Shown piece by piece: positions 17,657 to 26,960 of a stretch of DNA of 64,000 nt. The notes beneath the pieces are model-generated. The model worked only from the letters and a program-made list of their open reading frames with translations, was not told the DNA's origin and ran no database searches. Numbering within the stretch: position 1 is the stretch's first letter; every line of letters starts with the position of its first letter. Source of the stretch: Candidatus Altimarinota bacterium (lineage in GTDB: Bacteria > Patescibacteriota > Gracilibacteria > JBDHUY01); assembly GCA_039809385.1 (NCBI GenBank), contig JBDHUY010000001.1, forward strand, positions 32,001-96,000. Reading direction: 5' to 3'. Both the position numbers and the translations under genes were made by a program.

Positions 17657-18130
17657 TTAGAGCGAAAAATCCACCGTATCGCCTACGCCAATCCTCATCG
17701 TATCGGAGATACCGCCATTCAGTTCTAAGACATACTGCACCGCACTCCGGGACGGATAGCCGCCACACGGATCAGCTTGACAAGGAAGAGCATTCTTCTG
17801 AATGGATATGATTTTCTTATCCGCCGAAATAAACACCATATCCAGTGGGATACGCGTATTTTTCATCCAAAACGAGACCGGCTGGGCTTTTTCAAACACA
17901 AACAGCATCCCCTGATTCTCGGGCAGCTCATTCCGGTACATTAACCCTTTTTCGCGTTCAAAAACCGTATCGGCGATCTCTACCTGAAAGTCGAGTTTTT
18001 CAGTCATAGTCTGGATACGTAACGAGACAAGATTCTCTCCGGAATTTGGGTCGCGCGGCGCGGTCGTAGAGGCGCACGCAGGGAGGAGAAGCACCACTGT
18101 CAGAGCAAACCCAAGCAGTTTTAAACGCAT
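17657..18130 (-). CDS. DUF192 family lipoprotein
   Basis: EIADT..ER.KGLMYR, GMLFVF, FWMKNT.IPLDM.F, VLELNGG; lipobox LLLPAC. Confidence 0.92.
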   Translation of the reverse strand: MRLKLLGFALTVVLLLPACASTTAPRDPNSGENLVSLRIQTMTEKLDFQVEIADTVFEREKGLMYRNELPENQGMLFVFEKAQPVSFWMKNTRIPLDMVFISADKKIISIQKNALPCQADPCGGYPSRSAVQYVLELNGGISDTMRIGVGDTVDFSL

Positions 18131-18214
18131 ACAAAGCGCTGTTACAAATAAGATCAGCTCGATTGAGCGACAACCGCTTCTCATGGTACAATAAAAAGAC
18201 TATCCTCTCAACGC

Positions 18215-21205
18215 ATGATTTTTTACCAGGCTTCTGTTACCGAGATCCTCACCCAGCTAAAAACCGATCCCTTGAAGGGACTGGATGAAACGGAGATACC
18301 AAAAAGACAGGCAGAAAACGGTCTGAACATCATAAAAACCGTTTCCAAACGCAGCGGAATACGCATTTTTCTGCAACAATTCGCAGACCTGCTGGTTATG
18401 TTGCTGATCGTCGCCGGATTGATTGCCCTCTACTTGGGAGAATATCGCGATACGGTCATCATGTTTCTAATTGTGGCGATCAACGCACTAATCGGTTTTT
18501 TTCAAGAATACAAAGCTGAACGGATCGTAGAATCACTGAAAAACCTGGTTAAGAAACAGACCCGGGTCATTCGTAACGGACACGAATATGAAATATCGAC
18601 CGATCAGCTCGTCCCGGGAGATATCGTCTTGCTGGAAGAAGGGGTGGGTGTAGGCGCCGATATGCGGCTGCTGGAGACCGAAAGTTTTGCCACAAATGAT
18701 TTTATTTTGACCGGAGAGTCTGACCCGCAACCCAAAGAAAGTTCGCTAACCATCACCGAAACCACACCGGTCACCGACCAGAATAATTGCGTTTTTACCG
18801 GAGTAACCGTGGCGCGGGGTTTTGCCAAAGGCGTGGTCTTTGCTACCGGCATGCAGACTGAAATTGGCAAAATTGCCGAACACACTGAAAATATACAAAA
18901 TACCTCTTCGCCCCTGCAACGAGAGATCGGCATGCTGGCCAAAACCATTACCTGGATGGCGGGCGTTCTGACGATCATGCTCTTTTTGGTACAGATCCTG
19001 ATTATGAAGGGAGGAATAGAAAGCGCCTTTATCTTTGCGATCGGCATCGCGGTATCGATGGTACCGCAGGGATTACCCGCCCAGATCAGCGTGGCGTTGT
19101 CACTCGGCACCGGGCGGATGGCCAGACAACGAGCCGTGGTCAAAAAACTCTCGGCCATCGAAACCCTCGGCTGCGCCACGGTGATCGCTACCGACAAAAC
19201 CGGAACGATCACCAAAAATGAGATGAGCATCGTTTCGATATATATAAACGGTACTATCTTTAGCGTCACGGGCAGCGGCTACGCCCCACAGGGCGAGATA
19301 GTTGATGCAGATGGCAAAACTTATACGAAAGAACGTCTCCAAGATCTGAAAGTATTTTTCCTGGACGGCTATCTGGCCTCTACCGGCCGCGTCAATCCGC
19401 CGGATACCGAACATGCCACCTGGTATCCGCTCGGCGATCCTACCGAAGCGGCATTCGCCACGTTGGCCATGAAAGCCGGCTACGAGCTGGGCGAGGTAGA
19501 AAAAGAGTATCCGAAAGTAAGAGTCTTTCCGTTCGATTCCCAGCGCAAGCGCATGACGGTATTGCGGGAACATACCGGCAAACATATTGCCTTTTTAAAA
19601 GGAGGGATCGAATCCATCCTGGAAGTTTCCAACCAGCTGATCCAGAACAATACCGTCAGACCGCTCAACGACGAGGACCGAAAAAGGCTCTTGGAACTAG
19701 TCAAAACCTATGCCGCCGAAGGCAAACGCGTCATCGCCCTTGCCTATCGAGATATGGGGGAAAGAGCGACCAGCCAGCATTCCTCCTCCCTGGCAAGGGA
19801 GGAGCCAGAGGAGGGTCAGGAAAGATCGAATCAAGAAGCTAGAATCAAGAAGCCAGAATCTGGGGAAGAAGAATCTGCTCCGTCAGGAGGGTGGTCCGCC
19901 GCAGCGGACCGAGGTGTGAACCTGGAAAACAAGTACCAACCTCTTACAAAACACCCTGAAGACAGTACCCCGCTAGATAGTAGATGCCAGATACTAGATA
20001 CTTCTCCCGACTCCCCTCTCCCAACTCCGTTCTCCCAACTCCCCACCGCAGAAATCGAACAAGCAGTCACCTTCGCCGGATTTGCCGTCATGCAGGACCC
20101 GCCCCACGAGGAAGTGCGTCCGGCGCTGCGCGAAGCTTTTGCCGCGTCGTTAAAAATAGTCATGATTACCGGCGACAATGCCGTGACTGCCAAGGCGATT
20201 GCCAATGAGATTGGGATGACGGCAGAAGGAAACACGATCCCTACGGTCGTAAACGGTGACGAACTAAAAGCTATGTCCGACCCGGAAGTCGGAAGATTTT
20301 TGGAACGGCGCGCTATCATCTTTTCACGCGTTTCCCCCGACGACAAATTACGGATCGTTTCTTTGTTGAGGGAAAGAGGCGAGATCGTGGCAGTGACCGG
20401 TGACGGGGTCAACGATACTCTCTCGCTCAAACAAGCTGATATCGGCGTAGCCATGGGGCAAAAAGGCGCGGAGGTCGCCAAAGAAGCGGCCGATATGGTG
20501 CTCCTGGACGATAATTTTTCGACCATCGTGGTCGCCATCCGCGAAGGGCGTACCATCTACAAAAACCTGGAAAAGACCATTCTCGCTACTCTCTGCGCCA
20601 ACTTCGGCGAACTTACCTGCGTACTGCTGGGATTTATCGGAACCGCATTTTTCGAGCTGCCCATGGCGATTCTGGCGATCCAGATCCTCTCGGTAGATCT
20701 GATCGGGGAAGTACTGCCCCTGACAATGCTCACCTTTGATCCGCCCGAAGCGGCTTTGATGAAAAGAGCGCCCCGCGATGTAAAAAGCCACATTGTCACG
20801 CAGAAAAGATTGAAAGGGATCATCTTTTCCGGATTTCTCATTGGTCTTTTGGCGTTTCTCAGCTTTCTGGCAGTGTATCACTGGAATACGTTCGACGGAA
20901 CGAATCTGACAGCCCGGGCCCAGACCGCGGCGTATGTCAGCATTGTGTTTATCCAGCTGACGAATATCATGTCGAGTCGCAGCGGGAAACCGATCTGGAA
21001 CAAATACTTTTTCTCGAACACCAAGCTACTCCTCAGCCTTCTGATCTCCATCGTATTTGTGCTCGTAATCGTCTATGTTCCGCTGGTAAACGCCTTCCTG
21101 CATACCGCTCCCCTGCTGTGGCAAGACTGGCTCTATCCGGTGGGCGGGGCGTTCGTGTTGCTCGTACTGAACGAGTTTGTTAAAACCAGATCCAAGAGAG
21201 AATAG
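18215..21205 (+). CDS. Cation-transporting P-type ATPase (P2A/PacL-like) with a repeat-derived insertion
   Basis: LTGES, DKTGTIT, FDS.RKRM, MITGD, TGDGVND, DIGVAMG. Confidence 0.96.
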   Translation: MIFYQASVTEILTQLKTDPLKGLDETEIPKRQAENGLNIIKTVSKRSGIRIFLQQFADLLVMLLIVAGLIALYLGEYRDTVIMFLIVAINALIGFFQEYKAERIVESLKNLVKKQTRVIRNGHEYEISTDQLVPGDIVLLEEGVGVGADMRLLETESFATNDFILTGESDPQPKESSLTITETTPVTDQNNCVFTGVTVARGFAKGVVFATGMQTEIGKIAEHTENIQNTSSPLQREIGMLAKTITWMAGVLTIMLFLVQILIMKGGIESAFIFAIGIAVSMVPQGLPAQISVALSLGTGRMARQRAVVKKLSAIETLGCATVIATDKTGTITKNEMSIVSIYINGTIFSVTGSGYAPQGEIVDADGKTYTKERLQDLKVFFLDGYLASTGRVNPPDTEHATWYPLGDPTEAAFATLAMKAGYELGEVEKEYPKVRVFPFDSQRKRMTVLREHTGKHIAFLKGGIESILEVSNQLIQNNTVRPLNDEDRKRLLELVKTYAAEGKRVIALAYRDMGERATSQHSSSLAREEPEEGQERSNQEARIKKPESGEEESAPSGGWSAAADRGVNLENKYQPLTKHPEDSTPLDSRCQILDTSPDSPLPTPFSQLPTAEIEQAVTFAGFAVMQDPPHEEVRPALREAFAASLKIVMITGDNAVTAKAIANEIGMTAEGNTIPTVVNGDELKAMSDPEVGRFLERRAIIFSRVSPDDKLRIVSLLRERGEIVAVTGDGVNDTLSLKQADIGVAMGQKGAEVAKEAADMVLLDDNFSTIVVAIREGRTIYKNLEKTILATLCANFGELTCVLLGFIGTAFFELPMAILAIQILSVDLIGEVLPLTMLTFDPPEAALMKRAPRDVKSHIVTQKRLKGIIFSGFLIGLLAFLSFLAVYHWNTFDGTNLTARAQTAAYVSIVFIQLTNIMSSRSGKPIWNKYFFSNTKLLLSLLISIVFVLVIVYVPLVNAFLHTAPLLWQDWLYPVGGAFVLLVLNEFVKTRSKRE
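19757..20050. repeat. In-frame composite repeat insertion in the ATPase gene
   Basis: 294 nt between LAYRDM and EIEQAVTFAG, built from REP-like hairpins and degenerate 7-mer arrays. Confidence 0.75.
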
Positions 21206-21396
21206 TATTTAGTATTTAGTATTTAGTATGGGAACACTTCCTGCAGATTGTCTAAGGATTATGCGTAGTACGTGATTTTCCGTGTTTCTTTCCCCATTGC
21301 TCTGTCCCCGCTGTTCGCTGTAAGCTGACCGCTGTCAGCCTATCCCCTCTGATTCTCCTCCGTTCTCCCCACTCCCTTCTCCTAACTCCCCTCCCC
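21203..21396. repeat. Heptamer tandem arrays
   Basis: About four TAGTATT units at the ATPase stop, then GCTGxxx and CTCCxxx degenerate 7-mers. Confidence 0.7.
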
Positions 21397-22665
21397 ATGT
21401 ACTTCTCCCAAGACTTCATGTTCCACTTTCTCATCGCCCTGACACTGGGAGCTCTGATCGGAACGCAGCGCGAACGTGTCCAACAGCAACTGAAGATCCA
21501 GGAATTTGGCGGGATACGCTCTTTTATGTTTATCGCCATGACCGGTTTTTTATCCGGATATTTGGGGAATCTGCTCTATACCTGGTTTATTGCGGTGATA
21601 TTTGTCGTCTTGAGCGCGCTCGTTTTGGTAGGGCATGTCTATAAATCGTTCCGCGAGGAAAAACCCGGTATTACTTCGGAGCTGGGCGCTATCATGACCT
21701 TTCTGGTGGGAATTTTGTGTTTCGAGAACTATCAGATCGGCATCCTGGTAGGCATTATCACCGCGTTAATCCTATCGGTCAAAGAACCGCTGCATAATTT
21801 TGTGAATAAAATTCGGGACGAGGAATTCACCGCGACACTGGAGTTTGCACTGTTAGCATTTGTCATTTTACCGCTGCTACCAAACCGGACGATCGATCCG
21901 TGGCAAATAATTAATCCGTATGAAATATGGCTTTTGGTGATTTTTATGCTGGCGATCAGCTTTATCGGCTATATTTTGAATCGGGTATTAGGACCGCAAA
22001 AGGGAGTTGTATTAACCGGAATCGTGGGCGGTATCGTTTCCAGTACCGCCGTGACGCAGGCCATGTCGGAGAAAAGTAAACTCGGTACCAAGTACCATAA
22101 GGCGTTGGTGGGGGCGACGATTGCCGCCAGCCTGATCATGCTGGTTCGCGTCCTGGTCGTTACCGGAAGTCTGAACAGCAATCTCTTACCCGAACTTGTC
22201 TGGCCGATAGGAGCCATGTTACTGGTAACCGGAATACAGATGATTATCAAACTATTTTTAGCTCGTAAAGAACTTGGAGAGAAAAATGAAGCGGACACGG
22301 CTTTTATCAAAGAAAGTCCTTTTAAACTTATGCCGGCTATCAAATTCGGGATATTTTTTATGGCGATCCTGATCATCAGCGAACTTGCCAAGAGATACCT
22401 CGGGACCGGCGGTATTTATCTGACAGCCATGGTAACGGGACTGGCCGATGTAGATGCGTTTATGCTGTCAATGATCAAAATTTCGCTCAGCGACCCCGGC
22501 TTTAGCTCGACGGCAGCCCAAGGTATAACGGTTGCGGTAGTATCAAACATGATTGTCAAAGGCAGTATCCCCTTTTTCTTTGGGCACCGTTCGTTCGCGG
22601 TACAGATCGGCCGGGCATTCGCCCTTATTGTAGCGGTTGGATTGGTAGTAGCATTCTTGTTGTAG
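21397..22665 (+). CDS. MgtC/SapB family DUF4010 membrane protein
   Basis: LGALIG.QRE, GGIRSF, PGITSE, LPLLPN..IDPW..INPY, GGIVSSTAVT, GLADVDA. Confidence 0.92.
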   Translation: MYFSQDFMFHFLIALTLGALIGTQRERVQQQLKIQEFGGIRSFMFIAMTGFLSGYLGNLLYTWFIAVIFVVLSALVLVGHVYKSFREEKPGITSELGAIMTFLVGILCFENYQIGILVGIITALILSVKEPLHNFVNKIRDEEFTATLEFALLAFVILPLLPNRTIDPWQIINPYEIWLLVIFMLAISFIGYILNRVLGPQKGVVLTGIVGGIVSSTAVTQAMSEKSKLGTKYHKALVGATIAASLIMLVRVLVVTGSLNSNLLPELVWPIGAMLLVTGIQMIIKLFLARKELGEKNEADTAFIKESPFKLMPAIKFGIFFMAILIISELAKRYLGTGGIYLTAMVTGLADVDAFMLSMIKISLSDPGFSSTAAQGITVAVVSNMIVKGSIPFFFGHRSFAVQIGRAFALIVAVGLVVAFLL

Positions 22666-22816
22666 ATGATAAAAAACGGAGAGAGGAATGCCGGTTTTGA
22701 TCTGAAAGAGAACGGACTTTTGACTTTTGCGCTTTGAATTTTTATAATACCACCAGGCTTTATTTTTCAAAAAAACGTCCCAAAACAGGAATACAATATT
22801 TTTTAAAACCAATTCT

Positions 22817-23539
22817 ATGTCGTACTTGTCCCAACTCGCGCTTTTGAAAGAAATGCTGGAAAGCTGCGAGAGTAGCTTGCGTAGCGCCAAGCAATTGCTC
22901 AATGAGTTATCTCCGGGACAAAGCGCGCGGACCAATTATGGCAAAATAGCCGAAACGTTACCCGACATGACCGAGAATTTCGACGGACGTTCCAAAGTAG
23001 TGGAAGGTATTTTCGACGGACAGAATATGCACGGCAAAGATAAGAATATGTACCCGGTGCCTTCCAACTATGCCAGCAAATCCAAGCTGGTCGCCGGGGA
23101 CGTCCTGAAGCTGACGATCGCCGATAACGGTTCTTTCATTTACAAACAGATCGGCCCCGTCGAACGCAAACACATCATCGGCACGCTTATGTTCGATAAC
23201 GGAAAATACAAAGTATTGGCCGGCGGCAAAGCTTACAACGTGCTGACCGCTTCGGTAACGTACTATAAAGGCGAACCCGGCGACCAGGTCAGCCTGATCG
23301 TATCGGTTCCGGACGAAAGCGAATGGGCAGCCATCGACGCGGTCATTCCCCAGCACAAAGTAGGGGAAGCAGCTTCCGCCGCCGCAATGGATTTTTCGGG
23401 GGACGCTCTTTCCTTTGACGAAGACAATCCCGAAAACGGGGAGAGCGAAGAAACCGCAGAAAAACCTAAGAAGGCTAAAAGTACTGCTAAATCGCGCAAA
23501 AAAAGCGCAGGCGACGACTTCGAGAATCTGGATGTGTAG
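22817..23539 (+). CDS. Conserved CPR-type hypothetical protein
   Basis: EGIFDGQNM, YPVPSNYASKSKLV.GD.LKLTI..NGSF.YKQIGPVERK, acidic tail. Confidence 0.85.
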   Translation: MSYLSQLALLKEMLESCESSLRSAKQLLNELSPGQSARTNYGKIAETLPDMTENFDGRSKVVEGIFDGQNMHGKDKNMYPVPSNYASKSKLVAGDVLKLTIADNGSFIYKQIGPVERKHIIGTLMFDNGKYKVLAGGKAYNVLTASVTYYKGEPGDQVSLIVSVPDESEWAAIDAVIPQHKVGEAASAAAMDFSGDALSFDEDNPENGESEETAEKPKKAKSTAKSRKKSAGDDFENLDV

Positions 23540-23739
23540 GGAACAGTGCGGAGTTTAGAGATCGGAGCAGGAAGCTTCTTTGCAGGAAAGATAGATATTT
23601 CCTGTCTTTCTTTTGATAATGTATAACGTATTATGTATAAGGTATGAAGTATCTGGTGTGAAGTTTCTATGCTTCACTTCAACATAAAAGCAATTCATAA
23701 TTCAGCATTTATCATTTATACGTTGTCTCCCTTTCCCTG

Positions 23740-24759
23740 ATGTCCTCCTTTTCCTGGCAAAACCAGCCGCGCCCCATGATCGTGATGGCTCCCATGGACG
23801 GCTATACCGACAGCGCCATGCGCCAACTCGTCAAAACGATCGAACCACGGACGATCTGCTTTACCGAATTTTTGAGCAGCGATTACTTTTTTCATAAACC
23901 CAAGGAAGCTAAAGGACTGCTGTTTGCCGACAAGGAAAAGGAGTACCCGCTGATCGTACAATTATTTGGGAAAGAGCCCGAACACTTTGCGGTGGCAGCC
24001 AGAATAGCCCAGGAGGAAGGGGCGGCCGGGATCGATATCAACATGGGCTGCCCGGCCAAAAAGGTAGTCAACAGCATGCACGGTGCGTATTTGATGACGA
24101 ACGTCGAGTTGGGCTGCCGGATCATCGAGGCCGTCAAAAAAGTGGTAACCATTCCGGTATCGGTCAAGACCCGTCGGGGCTGGAGCGACGACAAGAATCT
24201 GATCCCGTTCGTTACCCAACTCATCGAAGCCGGCATTGACCTGATCACCATTCACGGACGCACCTATAATCAGGCTTTTAGCGGAGAAGCAGACTGGTCG
24301 GCCATTCACCGGCTCAAAGCGGCCGTATCGATCCCGGTCATTGGAAATGGGGATATAAAAGACGCGGCATCTGCCAAAGCCCGGCTCGGGCCGTTGGATG
24401 GCATGATGGTGGGACGCGGCTGTATGGGCAATCCTTGGGTGTTTAAAGAACTGGCCAGCTGCTTCTACGATCAAGCCGAGTGGAATCCGCAGAGCATTAC
24501 TCTGCTGGAGAGACTGGACACGATGCTGCTACATGCTTCCCTGCTGGTACAAACCAAAGGACTCGAACGGGGCATCATGGAAAGCCGCAAACATATGGCT
24601 TCCTACATCCGCGGCATTCCCGGAGCGGCCGAGTTCAGAAACCGCCTGGTACGGATCCAGGGCCTTCCCGAACTGGAACAGATTTTGAGCGAAATACGTT
24701 CACTAAATTCTTCTGCCCCCGACATACAGGAACTCTCGGTTCTGACAGTGTCGGCATAA
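23740..24759 (+). CDS. dusB: tRNA-dihydrouridine synthase
   Basis: MAPMDGYTD, VQLFG, IDINMGCPAKKV, SVKTR, TIHGRT, IGNGDI, MVGRG. Confidence 0.95.
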   Translation: MSSFSWQNQPRPMIVMAPMDGYTDSAMRQLVKTIEPRTICFTEFLSSDYFFHKPKEAKGLLFADKEKEYPLIVQLFGKEPEHFAVAARIAQEEGAAGIDINMGCPAKKVVNSMHGAYLMTNVELGCRIIEAVKKVVTIPVSVKTRRGWSDDKNLIPFVTQLIEAGIDLITIHGRTYNQAFSGEADWSAIHRLKAAVSIPVIGNGDIKDAASAKARLGPLDGMMVGRGCMGNPWVFKELASCFYDQAEWNPQSITLLERLDTMLLHASLLVQTKGLERGIMESRKHMASYIRGIPGAAEFRNRLVRIQGLPELEQILSEIRSLNSSAPDIQELSVLTVSA

Positions 24760-24819
24760 AAGCAATTTATAAAAGTATATACCATACATATACTACTCAT
24801 AGTATGTAATATTTTGTAT

Positions 24820-25128
24820 ATGCCGCCTCAACCTACAGCTTCCACGGTCGTTTTTACCGTCAAGACTCAAAGAACCACCTATCAGAGGGTAAAAAAAATT
24901 GCGCATGGACTGGGGTTTTCATCAAACAGTATTATGTACGCTTTCCTTTTGCAGCTCATTCTGGAAAAAAGATTGGATGTACCGTTAGAAAAAGATTATG
25001 CATATCCCCAGGACATAATTGAAAAGCTCGACCAAGAAAATGAAAGGCTCAAGCGCAAAGTTATCAATGGCAGGATAACAACATACACGAATAGCAAAAC
25101 CTTGCGAAAAGATTCACTAAAAGACTAG
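24820..25128 (+). CDS. RelB/DinJ-like antitoxin
   Basis: RHH-like N-terminus (KKIA..LG.S...I...FL.Q), directly upstream of a YafQ-like gene; upstream palindrome ATACTA-CTCA-TAGTAT. Confidence 0.7.
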   Translation: MPPQPTASTVVFTVKTQRTTYQRVKKIAHGLGFSSNSIMYAFLLQLILEKRLDVPLEKDYAYPQDIIEKLDQENERLKRKVINGRITTYTNSKTLRKDSLKD

Positions 25129-25134
25129 GAGAAT

Positions 25135-25410
25135 ATGTTACGGCTCGCCTATAGCAGCAGATTTAAAAAGGATTATAAACGATTTCAACATAATTCAGAT
25201 CTTCTGGCTGAGATTGATAAGGTAATCGTTCTGCTATTATCCGAGGCTCTCATTCCCGAAAAATACCAGGGCCATCCGCTCAAAGGGAGTAAAGCGGGAC
25301 TGAAAGACTGTCATATTCGTCCGGATATCGTTTTATTATAGGGAAGAGACAAAGATGTCCGGCTTATCACGCTTCATCGAATAGGATCGCATACTCATTT
25401 GAGTCTGTAA
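25135..25410 (+). pseudogene. yafQ: YafQ-family mRNA interferase with an in-frame TAG
   Basis: YSSRFKKDYK, HPLKG, DCHIRPD.VLL* then GRDKDVRLITLHRIGSHTHLSL continues in frame after the TAG at 25339-25341. Confidence 0.85.
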
Positions 25411-25441
25411 AAGAATCGAGAAGTTTTTTAGGAATTCATAC

Positions 25442-25473
25442 AAAAAAGCAGAGTCTTGCAAACTCTGCTTTTT
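25442..25473. terminator. Bidirectional intrinsic terminator
   Basis: AAAAAAGCAGAGT-CTTGCAA-ACTCTGCTTTTT between convergent genes. Confidence 0.8.
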
Positions 25474-25504
25474 AGAAAAATCGTTAACAGTTTAAGAAAA
25501 AATA

Positions 25505-25930
25505 CTATTTTTTAGGCATTTTTTTCATCATCGCCATCGCGGCGATATTGCCGACCAAGAGCAACACAGCTCCTACCCAACCTACATAATATCCCGAAGA
25601 CATTCCGTTAATTCCCAACAGCTTGGAAGCGGCATCATCGGCCGGTATATAGGCAGTATACAGGAAGATAAAACCAACCAGAGCAAAGAGAATCGAGAGA
25701 ACCAGAAGACCTTTCATGGCTTTCATGCCGGCAACCAGGACGACAATCAGCGATAGAATTCCCAGCCACATAGCAATGCTCATTTTATTGCTGACCAGAT
25801 CCAAAGCAGGTTTCACAAAAGCCGCAGTATCGCCACTTATGCTCACCCAGCTGATGAAACCGGATACGATCAACAAAACCGCCCCCAGGGCTGACACGAG
25901 GATAGCCGGGTGCTTCGTGGAAGAAGTCAT
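25505..25930 (-). CDS. 4-TM membrane protein
   Basis: Four hydrophobic helices. Confidence 0.8.
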   Translation of the reverse strand: MTSSTKHPAILVSALGAVLLIVSGFISWVSISGDTAAFVKPALDLVSNKMSIAMWLGILSLIVVLVAGMKAMKGLLVLSILFALVGFIFLYTAYIPADDAASKLLGINGMSSGYYVGWVGAVLLLVGNIAAMAMMKKMPKK

Positions 25931-26088
25931 ACGGAAAAAGATAAGAAGATAAAACTGTTTGGATCATAGCATCCGTTGGGGCAAAATCAATCGTTTTTCT
26001 CATTGTATAGCCAGCTTTACATATCGGGCCCGAAACAACAAAACGAGTCTTTTGGATAAGAGACTGGTTCACTGTAATACATCCATTT

Positions 26089-26832
26089 TTACTCTTTGGA
26101 TGACTTTTTCGCTACCTTTGCTGGAAGCAATAAATCCGCAATTTCTTTTTGGGACAACTCCCGATACTGACCGCTGGGCAAATCACCCAAACGCAAAGAG
26201 TCGATGCGAACGCGCCGCAAGGACAAGACACGATACCCGAAATGCTGAAACATCCGTCGCACTTCACGTTTCTGACCTTCATGCAGAACGACCCCGACCA
26301 GCGTTTTATGCGCTTCCTGCTGAAGTATGGTAACCTTGGCAGGAGCCGAGATCAGATCGGGGGTTTTCAAGCCTTGTTCAAGCTTTTGTCGATGTTCTAA
26401 AAGAAGGTTACCTCCGATCAAAACAATATATTCTTTCTCCACCTCGAATTTCGGATGGGTCAAGCGGTACGCCAGATCGCCATTATCTGTCATGAGAAGT
26501 AGCCCCTCAGTCAGATAATCCAGCCGTCCCACCGGAAAAAGATTTCTAAAAGAAGCAGGCAATAACGCATACACGGTTTTACGCTTCTGCGGATCAAAGC
26601 GCGTCGTGACTACTTCAAGGGGCTTATTCAACATGATCGTACGCGAGGGGGAAGATGCTACGGTTATAATTTTCCCCTGATAAACAACGCGATCCGTCTC
26701 CGGCTCAACCGACATGCCCAGCTCGGCGGCCCTCCCATTTACCGAAATCAGACCTTCTTCAATGAGTATCTCGGCTTTTCGTCGCGATACGCCGAGACAG
26801 TCTCGCAAATACTTTTGTAAACGAAGCGACAT
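26089..26832 (-). CDS. RsuA/RluB-family rRNA pseudouridine synthase
   Basis: S4 domain RLQKYL..SRRKAE, LNKP, PVGRLDY.TEGLLL, HPKFEVEKEY. Confidence 0.95.
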   Translation of the reverse strand: MSLRLQKYLRDCLGVSRRKAEILIEEGLISVNGRAAELGMSVEPETDRVVYQGKIITVASSPSRTIMLNKPLEVVTTRFDPQKRKTVYALLPASFRNLFPVGRLDYLTEGLLLMTDNGDLAYRLTHPKFEVEKEYIVLIGGNLLLEHRQKLEQGLKTPDLISAPAKVTILQQEAHKTLVGVVLHEGQKREVRRMFQHFGYRVLSLRRVRIDSLRLGDLPSGQYRELSQKEIADLLLPAKVAKKSSKE

Positions 26833-26960
26833 AGTTAGGTCGGGAGACCGGAGAAGGGAGTTAGGGAAGAAAGAGAATAGAGCTTACAGTCAACAGCTGA
26901 CAGCAAGGCAAAAGTGAGGAATAAGGGCTGACTGCTGTTAGCTGAAGGCTGTTTGCTCTT

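Noticed and set aside
25339-25341. Pyrrolysine or general amber recoding
   Set aside because: TAG terminates many genes here (murA, aspS, pheS) and no pyl genes are present.
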